The notes beneath the pieces are model-generated. The model was not told the origin of the DNA, did not search any database, and saw only the letters and a list, made by a program, of their open reading frames with translations. Position numbers and translations under genes: made by a program. A stretch of 60,274 nucleotides of DNA, the filler included, from Sphacelaria rigidula (lineage: Eukaryota): NCBI GenBank assembly GCA_964200075.2. It is 8 parts of 8 records of this genome, joined end to end, with 100 filler letters (N's around TTAATTAATTAA, not from the genome) between each part and the next. Parts side by side here need not be neighbours in the genome. Positions count along the whole stretch, not along the records: positions 37,736 to 45,182 come from CAXNAA020014876.1; positions 45,283 to 52,728 come from CAXNAA020014877.1; 6 more parts are not named here. One strand, 5' to 3'. This document shows positions 37,636 through 49,680 of this stretch, one piece after another (within the stretch, counting starts at the first letter, position 1; every line of letters starts with the position of its first letter).

Positions 37636-40600
37636 NNNNNNNNNNNNNNNNNNNNNNNNNNNNNNNNNNNNNNNNNNNNTTAATTAATTAANNNNNNNNN
37701 NNNNNNNNNNNNNNNNNNNNNNNNNNNNNNNNNNNTCGAAGGAGGGGTAGTCCCGGCTGAAGAAAAATGGAGGAAAGATCGGTCGTGCAAACCGTTGGTC
37801 AGGAGCACTAAACAAATTCATTTGCGGCGCTTCAGCGGCATTTTCTTGCAAAGGTGCAAAAATACTGCTGTTATCGTCGTGGTGCAGAAAAACTGCTGCA
37901 ATGGCGGACGCACAAAAGATTGATGCTGCTGAGGAGGTACAGCAACGTTCTGCCGTGTGGAAGGGTGCGTCCTGTTGTTATTGAACAGAGACGACAGGTT
38001 GCTGCTGCGGTGCGGCTTGCACTGGAGGCTGTTGAAACTGTTGAGCTGATCCAGCTGGGTAGAACGGTTGAGCTTGCGGGTTTTAGAGGATTTCCACTCA
38101 TTATTTCGCCGGGTTTTCGCGTTGGCTATGCGGTACTTGTACTTGGAACGATAACCTGCACGTATATGCCATGGGTATCATAACACCGGTTAAACGTACT
38201 TCATATTATTAACGCAGTGCCTTACTCCTGCTTAAATGCTCCTGGCGAAATGGGGTTGGGAACGTTCTCAACTCATTAACGGTGAGAAGACACGATGGGG
38301 TAAACTGACAGCATCAATTTTTCCTCGTGATAAGAGCGTGGACATCACCGAGGGAAGACGAACAGGGGTGCAACAGGGAAACAGGAGAACATGGCAGCAA
38401 ATTTGATCACATGACAGGTTCGAGTGGGCATTCGGCTCAGATTTCCCTTTCATGGGGAATAATCCTCAATTTCCGGCCTCCTGTTAACCTGCAAGGGCAC
38501 GCGGGGGGAAATATGGCTCCTATAACCTGTTCGGCTAAACACGATCTTGTTATCTTGGATCTCCGTTCTCCTTCATCTCCCTGTGTGTAGTGATTTCCTG
38601 CCTACTCGTGGGTGAGCCTATTGTATAACGCACGCATACTCCGGGCTCACGCGTATTCCCCAATTTATTCGCACGTTGTCGGGCCTCCATTCTAGCATAG
38701 TGCATAATGTCCACAATTATTACTTACGTTGTTCAGTACCAGCCAACCGTCTGGTCAGTTTCTGTTCGATATATTTCGGCAAAATAATGGGTGATACTCG
38801 TAGACCTTCAAGGCCAGAAGCCCTACCCGGACGAATGCAGCCTTGTCTGATGGTAATCATAGCATGCACGGACAGACAAACCGCGTTGGAATTGGATTGC
38901 CGATAGACGCAGAGTAGATAGGCAACGGGAGATGGTGTAGTGTCCATCTGGTGGCCTCGTGCAAACACATTAGCATGCAGCTTCACTCATAGCCGCTCAA
39001 TCGTTTTGGATCTGGGTTGATTGCCACACTCATGAGTAGCTACTTAGAAATCGGCAGGCGGGTACCAACAATATTTTTGACGAGTAACTGTTGCAGGCTT
39101 CATGCAGTCCTGTGACCCACCACTGCGCGTAATACAAATCAAATAATGGTATGTTCAACAGTGTACCTGGAAACACCCACCCACGTATTCGTAGTCGAAA
39201 TGTAAGCTAGAAGTACATGGTTGGGTTTGATCTGTTAGAATCGAAACAACTTCACATAACTCTCCATTCGTTTTACGCGTGCATGGCTCGTTTGTACTCT
39301 TTGAAGATGTCTACCAAAGGTGCAAACGATCAAACAGGGGTACCACGTAGAGATTTCATCCATTTTCCATGACAAAATAGCATTTCGAGCATTAATGATT
39401 TGCCCCCCCTGACCAGGGGGTAGGGTGAATACCTCCATGTTTCGTTCATTCAAGCCTCGCAATTTATGTTCACGGCTAATCGGTACCGTGCCTGGTGGCA
39501 TGTATGCACACAGTATGACATTACGGTTAGACAAACAGATTTCCGTGCATTAGCGGACGTCAGCCTAACAATGTCATCCTCCGTCAGTTGTATACACGGT
39601 CATGTACGAGGTGCGGTTATTAGGTGCACACGGAAACAATCACCCATGTATTGAAAGTCGTGAAGTAAAGTAAAAGCACATGATTGGGTATGATTTCTTC
39701 AAAATCGGAGCAGACATAACATAGCCCCGAAGTTCTCAAGCATGTATGACTCGCCCATACCCTTTGGAGCTATCCACCAAGGGCAAAACTATCGATTACG
39801 GGGAACCACGTTGAAGTGACATTCAATTTCCATGACAATAACACACATTTAACGCATCAATGATGTGCTCCCCCCCAGACCGGGGTAGGGTAAATACCCC
39901 ATGTTGATTCAAGCTTCGCAATTTCCGTTCACGACGAGTCGGCTCACATTGTATCGTGCCTTGTAGCATGTATTTACAACCAGTATGGTATTACGGTCAC
40001 ACAAGCAGTTTCGTGAATTTGTAAAGCATAGAGTAAAACGACATTCTTTCACCGTTGCATACGTGGTCATGCACGAAATTGATATTCGATAGTGATTCGG
40101 AACAGTTTTGTTCCCACAGTGAAAACACCCTACTCATGCACTGTTAGACTAAGTACAAAGTCAACGATTTCATCGAGGAGATGGTGCAGGCCGTAAAACG
40201 GTCAGTACCGCCATCCCGTATAGCCATATTGTAACAGCATAACAAATAAATAAAACGGTAGCATGTGGAAAAACCGAAGGGTGACACCCAACCCAATGTT
40301 CAGAGACACAAGCGATTTTGTTCATCCAGCGGGTCTTGTCGAGTTTGAGTACATGTGAAGCAGGATAGCGTGGTTCCATTTCAGCTGTATCAAACTGCAA
40401 AATCGTGTTGAGTTGCTCCTTTCAGCTGCATCACACAGCAGAAAGCACACAGCAGCTGTTGCATGGAATTATTTAGCAACGCAGTGTGGAGAGCCGTGCA
40501 TTCATAGTATCCACCGTGACTCTACTCAATCAGGTCTACATAAGATTTGACCTGTCACGGCTAGGAAGCAAGCATGGCGTTGTGTCATCACACTGCGAAA

Positions 40601-43600
40601 TCAGAGCCTACAGTAAAACTGAGCAGCTGCGTTACACAGCACAACTCGGGCGTACAGCAGTTATGGCATCCAAGAATACAGAAGCAGCGGTATTGCATTT
40701 CAGTGCGTTTCAATACAGCTCAGTCACTCAAATATCATGTGATGACATGGGTGTGGTCCTGCGTACATAGTCAGTTTGCCCAGATGCAAGTGTATGGGAA
40801 ATTGGCAGAGATCTGACCGTTTGGTGTACACAATTCGGCATACTGAGGATGTACCGGGCCCGAATCTGCTTAATAAATTAGCGTGTGAAGCTCGCCTCTC
40901 ATGTCAACCTTCCTGCCCAAATGAATGTAAAGAGGCGCGGCTATAGTGGAATGTTCACTTGGCATTGGCTTCGATTTGAAGACCCCTCCACAATCAGCCT
41001 GAGGAATAAACCATGGAACATAGCTTGTTTCCCTACTGTCTCAGCGAAAAGCTTTTCAAGCTCCCTCAGGTGTCGACGCTTTTCCTGTCCGTTCTGTTTG
41101 TTGTGTTGTGTTCACGAATCGCGAACACTGTTTTGGATTGCATGATCAGCGATACTGTCTTCGTGTGCGTCCCTACCAACCCATCTTAGTCGCGCGCAGT
41201 CCTGTCTGCACTTCTGATGAAACTTGGTGGGTATGTGGATTCTTTCATATTCGGTGAGACGAACGACGTTCTAGTGCCGTGCGTTGGGTACCTGTGATGA
41301 ACTGTAGTTGTGACAGTCAGTGTAGTCTGCAGAAAGGATCAGTTTGATATCACCACTCCTCATTTCGGAATAATTTATCCGTACCGGCGAAGATACCCTC
41401 ATTTTTGTTTCAGCTTTTCCCGTGATTCCTGATTCGTTCGAGCGCTATCGCAGATTCACAGGTATCTCACCATAACCGTAACACGATGGCTAAAGTAAAC
41501 ACAACGTTGCTCCTAGAAGCTGCATCGCGCGGCTTTCACCCAGCGCGCCGCAGCTGTTGGGTGGGGTGGGGTTTGGCAATCGGTGCAGCAGCATAAGATC
41601 CAAGCACCCTCATGGAGTACCTGTCTGAACAAAACAAACCACTGGATCCGGCTTTTGCTTGGAGTAGCATTCGTGTCACTCCAAGCATGAAGCGAGGTGC
41701 GCATCTCGGTTTTTCCGTTAAAAACAAACGGGAGGGTGTAACAGCAGCATCGGCTTGGTGTGTAACGCACAACTTGGCGTTCATTACTCCCAATCAACAG
41801 CTCACATCAGCAGTTGCTCGCTGTGAATACCCCCTGATTGCTTTCGTTTTCCGCCCCATCGCTGCCACTAAAATCTGATGACGTTCGAGGTAATACTGAC
41901 CCGCTTGAGCCAGTGTCGTGCATTAACGGACAAGAATTCGGCGATACATGATTCATTTAACCGGTGCGGCGTTTACGTACCACAATACAATTTCTTGTTA
42001 ATTGGTGTAGCCAGCGCCACGTTGTTCCTGCCAGCTGTATCACGCATCAAAATCGTGCGCGCGACTGTGTTGCATTTAAAGGAGACAACGGGCGGTGTCA
42101 ATAATTTCTGGCAACATTTGATGTAACACCGACCCCCTGTGCCAGTATCGCGTATTAGCGGACGATAATCATGTGGGGCAGAGTGCATTTAACCTGAGCG
42201 GCTTTACGTGTAACAATAATATAGTGTGCAACATAATGGGTGCATAAAGCGCTACATCGCTCCTGCCAGCTGTATCACGCGTCAAAATCGTGCGTGCAGC
42301 TGTTGCATTTAACGGATACAACGTGTAGAGACTTATGCCTTCCGACATCAACTCCGCGTTTCCTGCTCAATCCAGAATAGGTGAAGATTCTGAGTCTGAA
42401 CTTGTAAGAGCATCGAATCGAACTGCGTGGGCGGCACGACGCTTTACTTTACCTAAATGCATCGCGCACAGGACTCGCTCATAGCCCCCTCCGCGCAGGT
42501 TGTGTAGTAAGCCTGGAGCGGGTGCGGCGCTGATATCAACTCTTCTTCATAGAATCTCATTTTTGTGCCGCCTTCCGTGCTACCGTATCGTTGTTTTGAG
42601 CGCGCATCCGTTTCATCTGCCTCAAGATACGTGCGTTAAGCATGGCAGTAATAACTGCACCTCCCTTCTCAGTCAGGCTGAGAGCAATATCGCTACGCTA
42701 ACGTTGTGGACACGCACCTTCAAGCAGCGCGAGCACACCCGAATGGACCTTAGTCTTGAGGTTCATCTCGTAGTCTCAGCTCATGTATCACTTCATGTTT
42801 CCTTTCTTCGATTGAGTTTCAGTAGACATACAATATACCGAAATCATACTGTTATTTATGTGGGTATGTGCCCACTGGCGTGCGTCATGGGCGGTGCATT
42901 TACCAGCTCCACTCATTACAGCAGTACGCATCACCAACGTAAATTCCCGCCTGAGCAGCATTGTATCTCGCAGTTATTTTTGCGGGGTACCGTCATGGTC
43001 AAGCGTACATTGAACATTGTTGACTCGACTGATTGCGTTTCTTCACTTCATCCCAAGCGCGGGGTAAACCACTATACCGGTCTATGTCGCTTGATTATCT
43101 TTGTGCCGTCGTAAGCGTGAGCACGAGTGCGTCGCTCCCAGCGCGCATCATCCAGCGCACATCATGATGGCTGATTATTCGTTTTGTCACCTGATGTCCT
43201 TGCTAACTTATTGCGAGGTGGTGAAGATGCACATATTTTGCTCTCTTTCATTAATAAGAAAATTGAATATCTCAGTGAACATCTTTCCTGAACATTTTAC
43301 CTCTCCTTGCTTGTGTTGCACCGCAGATGATATGGTCGAACACAATAGTCCCGGTGGGAAGCGCCATGATACAAGTAAACGGCAGTCTCCAGTTGTTGTC
43401 AACATTTGCTTAACTCTACAGTGCAGGTTGATCACTGAACGAGGCCAACAACAAAACTTCGGTCAACTATTACGGACTTTCACTGTTTCATGTGGGACCT
43501 CTCATTCTACTTATTATTTGACTGCCATTCATTTGTGCACGAGTTCGTTCATGTTCATTTATTTACTATAGGCCGACCTTTTCACATCTGCAAGACTACG

Positions 43601-43634
43601 GTATTCAAACTCCAAACCGTCTCACCGTCGATCT

Positions 43635-44037
43635 TGTAACAATCGTAAGTTCACAGCGCGTGGGGAGACAGTCCAACGCAGTACAGTACACGTCGATCGG
43701 CAGGATATCCTTGTCCACAGCTTCAGGTGATTCGATTTCTTTTGTTCCTTGGTGGTGTTGATGGCCAGAGTCTTCTCGAGAGATCGTTCTGAACACCAGG
43801 GTCATCTCAGCGTTGCACCGATTCTTAGAAAGAACCGGATTCAACCAGATGTAAGAGGCATGTTTTTATGTACTCCGTATCTTGACGGATTACTTAACAT
43901 CCTCACCCCTGACCGCAGGTACTGGCCAGTTCCTGCGATCAGCCCTCCGGGCGCGTATCTTCGTTCCGAATCAACGGCCCATCATTGTACTGTCCCCCTT
44001 CCACCGCATCACGCCGCGATCCGTAACACCCCCCCTC
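43635..44037 (-). repeat. Putative PPT plus LTR of an unclassified LTR element (lower boundary uncertain)
   Basis: Minus strand reads CTGAGGGGGGG|TGTTACGG at 44028; a candidate far end reads TGTAAC on the plus strand at 43635. Confidence 0.4.
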
Positions 44038-44221
44038 AGTGCTCCGTCTCGAAAGGGATGCGGGGTCAATGGTCAAATGACTAAGGCAAGCAACAAATGA
44101 GTACGCCCCCCCTCAGTCCTAGGATTGAAATACCCTGGGACTGACGTGATTCATACGATGGATCGCCATGTCCCTCTTCCGAGTTCAGCGTCGGGGTGTA
44201 GCCGTCGATCTTGATATTCGT

Positions 44222-44571
44222 TCTGCCGGGTTAGACCACGTAGGGAATTTAAACACCGTGTAGGACGATCCCTTCCGGTCCGGAGGCATCATTGGTCTTG
44301 TTGATTGCTCTGCCGGGTTAGACCACGTAGGGAATTTAAACACCGTGCAGAACAATCTCAAACAGTCTCGGCAACTCCCGCTTGTAGATCTCTCTGCCGG
44401 GTTAGACCACGCAGGGAATTTAAACACCGTACAGAAACGATCCCATCCAGTCCGGAGAAATCCTTGATCTTGTTGACCACTCTACCGGGTTAGACCGCGT
44501 AGGGAATTTAAACACCGTACAGAAACGATCCCACCCAGTCCGGAGGAGTCCTTAATCTTGTTGACCGCTCT
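44222..44571. repeat. Tandem array of four 84-88 bp units with a conserved 38-bp core
   Basis: TCTGCCGGGTTAGACCACGTAGGGAATTTAAACACCGT at 44222, 44309, 44393 and 44481 (0-2 mismatches). Confidence 0.92.
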
Positions 44572-44984
44572 GAGCTGTCCGTAAACCGTTTGCGGATCTT
44601 GGTACATCGGAGAATCTACCTCGCAATTGAGCCCCTTTCTGCTCGAGATGGTGTATCAGATGGACGTGGCCTGGTCTGCGGTTGATATAATTCCCACAAG
44701 GCATGAAACACATCCCACTGTACCGCAGTGTATTATGATCTCCATGATTCAAGAGTCACGAGGGCGGTGCCTGGAAGAAACATTCTCAGTCATCAACGGC
44801 GTGAGAAACGATGGAACCAGTAACATGAATAGCAGCGCTTCACCAGTATAACGATAGCGAACAAAACAAAAAAAGGGGAAGGAGAACGAAGGGGACAACA
44901 ATATAATCGGACAAAACAGGTTCACGCGTGTGCATTTTGCCAGGGTATCGCGTGTCGGGGACAGCCAGGTATAAATTCATGGAC

Positions 44985-45182
44985 TCCCAAGGGACTTCTG
45001 ACTCCCTGTCAACCTGTTCGGACAGCATGGGAAACTCCTGGCTCCCTGTTAACCCGTTCGAAAACATATGGGAAATCCTGGCTCCCTGTCAACCTGTTCG
45101 AAAACATATGGGAAATCCTGGATCTCTGTCAACCTGTTCGCGCGCACAAGGGAAACTCCTGGCCCCCTGTCAACCTGTTCGA
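44985..45182. repeat. Tandem repeat of about 40 bp, five copies, truncated by the scaffold end
   Basis: GGGAAA(C)TCCTGGCTCCCTGTCAACCTGTTCG recurring every 40-41 bp. Confidence 0.9.
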
Positions 45183-45394
45183 NNNNNNNNNNNNNNNNNN
45201 NNNNNNNNNNNNNNNNNNNNNNNNNNTTAATTAATTAANNNNNNNNNNNNNNNNNNNNNNNNNNNNNNNNNNNNNNNNNNNNGGGTCCGGCCGGTGCCTC
45301 TTCCGACTTGAGGCAGTTGATGTGTCGGTTTTCCTATTATTTCCCCCCCCCCCCCCCCCCCCCCCCCCCCGACCTTTACTTGGTGATAGAGTGC

Positions 45395-45484
45395 AAGCCT
45401 GGTCCGGCAAATACCCGGCGTGCTCCATCCCAGCTTTGTGGGGATGCGAGGTCAACGGTCATATGACTACGGCATGCAAGATCA
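45395..45484 (+). repeat. Interspersed repeat, second copy at about 51835-51925
   Basis: GTCCGGC.AA.ACCCG.CGTGCTCC...GGGATGCGA.GTCAA.GGTC.TATGAC.ACGGCATGCAAGATCA in both copies. Confidence 0.7.
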
Positions 45485-46876
45485 TGAGTGCACTCCCCTC
45501 GCCAACTTCAAAACTCTACTTGTGTGTGAAGGGCATACCTGGAAGGTGAAAAGTGTTTCGAAGCCGCGGGTGACGGGCACCGGGACGGAATACCACATCG
45601 CCCCTGCCTTGGAGGGGAGAGAAGGTGTGAGACGAGACCTAACACGACAGCGCGTTGCGTTGGTATCTCGAGACACTTCCGCTCTCTGTCGGTTTCCGAA
45701 CGCAGCCTGATCAGCAGAACATATGATTTCGTGGTGTTTGGGCACGACGGGGGCCTTCGCTCAGGACTTTTGATAACCAAGCCTTCTAGCCTATCTAATG
45801 GCATCATCTCGAGCAATCGTCGGCACGGGTTGCGCTTCACGTGGTTGAATTGTCATTTTTGATAACATAACAATGCGGAAAACTGGAATACTGTCCGTCA
45901 AAATCATAAGCACTGTCGGTATCCCTGTAGGTACCATGGTTGTTTACACATTGATGCTTATGCTTACTTGGCTGAATGTGATGCGCTGGTGATCTCCGAC
46001 CTCACTCGTCTGTATGTCCGTGATCGTCAAGTCTCCCCCGTCCTCTCGACATACCGGATCCACTGAGCCCTGCCGCTCGTCTGCTTGCCCCTGCACGTTG
46101 CCGTATCGGAGGTCTGTCGCGTTCAGACACGCCGTCGTGCCCGATGCTCCCGCGAATGTCAATCCATGTGTTACATTGAAATCTACGAACGCAAAATCTG
46201 GAGTAGTATCAACAATGGAAGTAAAGAGGCCACGTGCGTGTCTGGGTGGGGATTGGACTAGCGGAGCTCAGCAGCGCGCATAGTGCAGCCGGGAGTATAT
46301 TCCTGGTATGGTGTATGCTATATCGTCGCAGCCGAGGGGTTGCTACCAGAAGATAATGGAATCCAGGGAAATCTTAATCTGTGAAGATACTCTATTATAT
46401 ACTTTTGGCCGTGTACTGTGAACACAGTACACACATGTAGTCTAGCCATTCGGGATGCGTGTAGCCATGATTATACTGCTGCTGCCAAGAGACCACGTAC
46501 TTGCCTTACCCTGTTAGACGGGAAATTGTCTGCATTGTCTCTCAACCACATGGATACCGTCTCGTGAACCAGGTCACAAGGCCAAGGCTTACCTTCAGCA
46601 GAGCAGAAATTGTGTCGCTGGGAATAGCACACGAGCTGCAGAAGCAGCTGCAGTAGCACCGTAGACCGCGCTGCGCCGAGACTCTTGACGGCACTGTAGG
46701 GTAAGGATGGCGAACATGATCCCCTACATGCCCTGAGGCTGTCTTTCATGGGTATCAAATCCGATGGCGTCCTTCGTCGGTTGCGTCTCTGTTCTGGACC
46801 GTTCATGCTTACTGGTCGAGAAAGTAGGCAGTCACGAATCTGGTGGACCTGCCATCATGGTAATATACACGAAAAT

Positions 46877-47139
46877 AGCAAACACTTTCTGCGATAGCCC
46901 CCCCCCAAAAAAGTGCATGGTTTGGGGAGGCAAAATCTTCACGTGAATCGAGATGGGAAACACCGAGCACAGCGAGCAGCTGAGAATTCCCACGCTTGGG
47001 TTCGCTCTAGCCAATGTTGCCAATATGAGACGCTTCATGCAGCCTGAACCCAAAGATTAGACGAGGCGGTGTATGGCCATTTTTTTCGTGTCACTCATGG
47101 GCTGGTTTTGGGGGGTGGCTATCGTAAAAAGTGTCCACA
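46877..47139. mobile_element. MITE of about 260 bp, same family as 57150-57405
   Basis: TIRs ACACTTTCTGCGATAGCC / GGCTATCGTAAAAAGTGT; interior aligns in reverse with 57150-57405. Confidence 0.85.
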
Positions 47140-48874
47140 GTGCGCGGCAGCGTTTCGGTTTTCACGGCTGCTGTACGGCTACAGCTTACAGCAACAGTAG
47201 AAAGTAGATCGATCATATTCGGGGTTTCGATCCCGGGTTGTCGAAGAAGGGAGACTCCCATTTCGCCAGACGTACGTTCGTTCATCGAGCATGACGACTT
47301 GAACGAGATCTTCCGAATACGTAACTTTCGGTGAGCGCGGCCGTCGCAGTCTTCGAGAAAACAGATGTGTATCCAGAAATTATCACTACGGTATCGCTCG
47401 TCACGGCCTCTACGGTAGTGTAGTGCAGTGGTGTACGATGTACACGAGGTTTTCGCGTTTTCGCAAAGATCGCTGGTTTACAATATATGGGATCAACCAC
47501 CGTGGCGCCAACCTCCTCAGATGGACAATCAAAACATCAGTTGAAGAATCTAAAGAGAAACAACCCCATCGCTTGGCAACATTATGAACGAGTCAGGTTT
47601 CAGTGGCCATAGAATAATTAGTTTCTTGCTATTCGGGGCGGTGGTCGTCAACAGAGAGGAGCTACTCAACAATTCTAGCGGCGGAGCTTCGGAATGAAGA
47701 CTGCGTGGGGATATTGTTCCGAAAGAAGGTCGAGTGACCTGTTGGTTACACTCGAAAGATACGCACACCGTAGGATGTCTGTATGTGGTTACCGAACGAT
47801 ATAATTGTATACATAACCATCTCACCAATCACTTCGTAATATTTTCCATTCCCACGCCAAGTTTCGCGTCCATCGGCGCTCGCGGGGGCGAGATTGGGGC
47901 TTGGATATGCGAGGTGTACAGTGCACTGACCGACAATATCACCGCATTGGTTCTTGTGTTTAGCGTAAACATTTTCCTACAAGCTTTATCTCAGACCCGC
48001 CGAATGCGGATCATTTAACTGCTCTCTAGAATCAAGCGTTGTTCCGAACAGTCCGTACAGGACATCGCATCCCTGATTCACAACACGACAGATAACGCTG
48101 CTGAGAAGGCTTTCAAATCGGGGATAATGGAAGAGAGCAAGGGTTTCGATCCTCCACAGGTGGTTCTTTTTTTCGTCGTCTACGAAGCATTTCCCCGACA
48201 GGGTAATCCGAATTTGTATCACCATTATACTTGCGATCAACGAACAGCAGCAGCTGTTGATGCATGTGCTCCGGCAGTCAGCTCTACTGAACTACACTTC
48301 CGTGTGCCTAGCAATTGTTGCGTTGATGTCGTGCTGGTACGTCGTTGGTCCGGTTGTATTGCCGATGGATGCGTATACAATACCGTACAGCCCGATAGAC
48401 TGGCAGTAGCGTGTGGTATGTGGTACGAGTACAGTATTTTTGTGTATTGTAAAAGCTCTTGTCACGTATCATCACGGGATATAACACCCCCCGTTTTCTC
48501 TCGGGGGTGATCAGAGTATTTCAACCTACACCCTAGATTTTTTTCGATGACGGTTGCGCTTATGTACGCCGCTGACGTTGTGCGGGAAGGGTTCTAGATA
48601 CTTGTCTTAATAAAGAGAAAACTGACGAGTGTAGCGCCTATCTTATCCAGAGATCGAGTCTTAAAACGTTACTGTCACCAGGGGTTGCTACCGTTCGCCT
48701 GCGGGTGCCACAGGTACAACTTGCGGTATTTGTGCGCATGACGATTGCCTTTCCAGCAACGACAAACTTGTATAGTGATGTTGTTTGTTGCACTTTATGA
48801 CTACCACGAGGTGGGCCAACTGACAGTAATTTTTTAGCGAAGAGTGGAGATGTCATCGGCAATTCGAAGAGTTA

Positions 48875-49040
48875 GGCCAACTCTAATGGGAGCGTTTGAA
48901 TTTTTTATTTTGCAACAATTTCAGAGGATTTTTTTTTTTCTTCATCATGGTGAACGGGCACAAAATACACGACTACGGCAAAGAAAAAAAAAGTCGGTTA
49001 CAATTATTGCAAACTAAAAACGCTCCCATACGAGTTGGCC
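48875..49040. mobile_element. PIF/Harbinger (Tourist-like) MITE, 166 bp
   Basis: TIRs GGCCAACTC..ATGGGAGCGTTT; 3-bp TTA duplication on both sides (48872-48874, 49041-49043). Confidence 0.8.
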
Positions 49041-49264
49041 TTAGGCGCTGAGTTTTTGACATGACATTTTTATCACCGCGCAGACGGAAAAACAAGAATA
49101 AAAAAACAGAAAGTTAGAACAACTCGTCGAGGTTTCAGCAAAAACATGGGACATGCTATAACTTTCTAAAAAAATGATGAAAACGACGACAACGCTCCAA
49201 GCCATAGGGGCACTCGCGCCAACGACATCTTGGTGAAATTCCGCCCCCAAATCCCTCAAATTGG

Positions 49265-49680
49265 TAGAGCTCGGGAATGGTTTGTCTAACCATTGACCAA
49301 TTGAATGGTTACGCGTAGCGCTCTCATTAAGCAGTTAAATGGTACATAATGGTTTGGTCATTGAGCGGCGCCGCCGCGAGCCAAAAAGCTTCCCCCGGCA
49401 GAAGGGGCCCCGCCGGAGGCGCCCCCGGAGGGCCCCGCTGGAGGCGCTGTGCTGGAGGCACGTTTCTACGCGATTTGGCTTCACTGAAGCAAAAAAATAC
49501 GTCAAATTTGGGCCAATTTTCAAGGGCTGTTTGTAGCATACGTGGCCGGTAACGGCTTATAAAGCCGGTAACGGCAAGTAATGGTCTGAAACCGTTATTC
49601 CAAAGTCTTATACAACCGTTACCATTATTACCATTGTAACAATAATGGCCAGTTATAACTGGTACCATTTCCAAGCTCTA
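49265..49680. mobile_element. hAT-like non-autonomous element, 416 bp
   Basis: TIRs TAGAGCTCGGGAATGG / CCATTTCCAAGCTCTA; 8-bp target duplication CAAATTGG / CAAACTGG (7/8); reiterated subterminal AATGG and CCGTTA motifs. Confidence 0.8.

Noticed and set aside
44222..44571. CRISPR array
   Set aside because: Three of the four spacers are homologous to each other, no cas genes are present and the context is eukaryotic; it is a tandem repeat.
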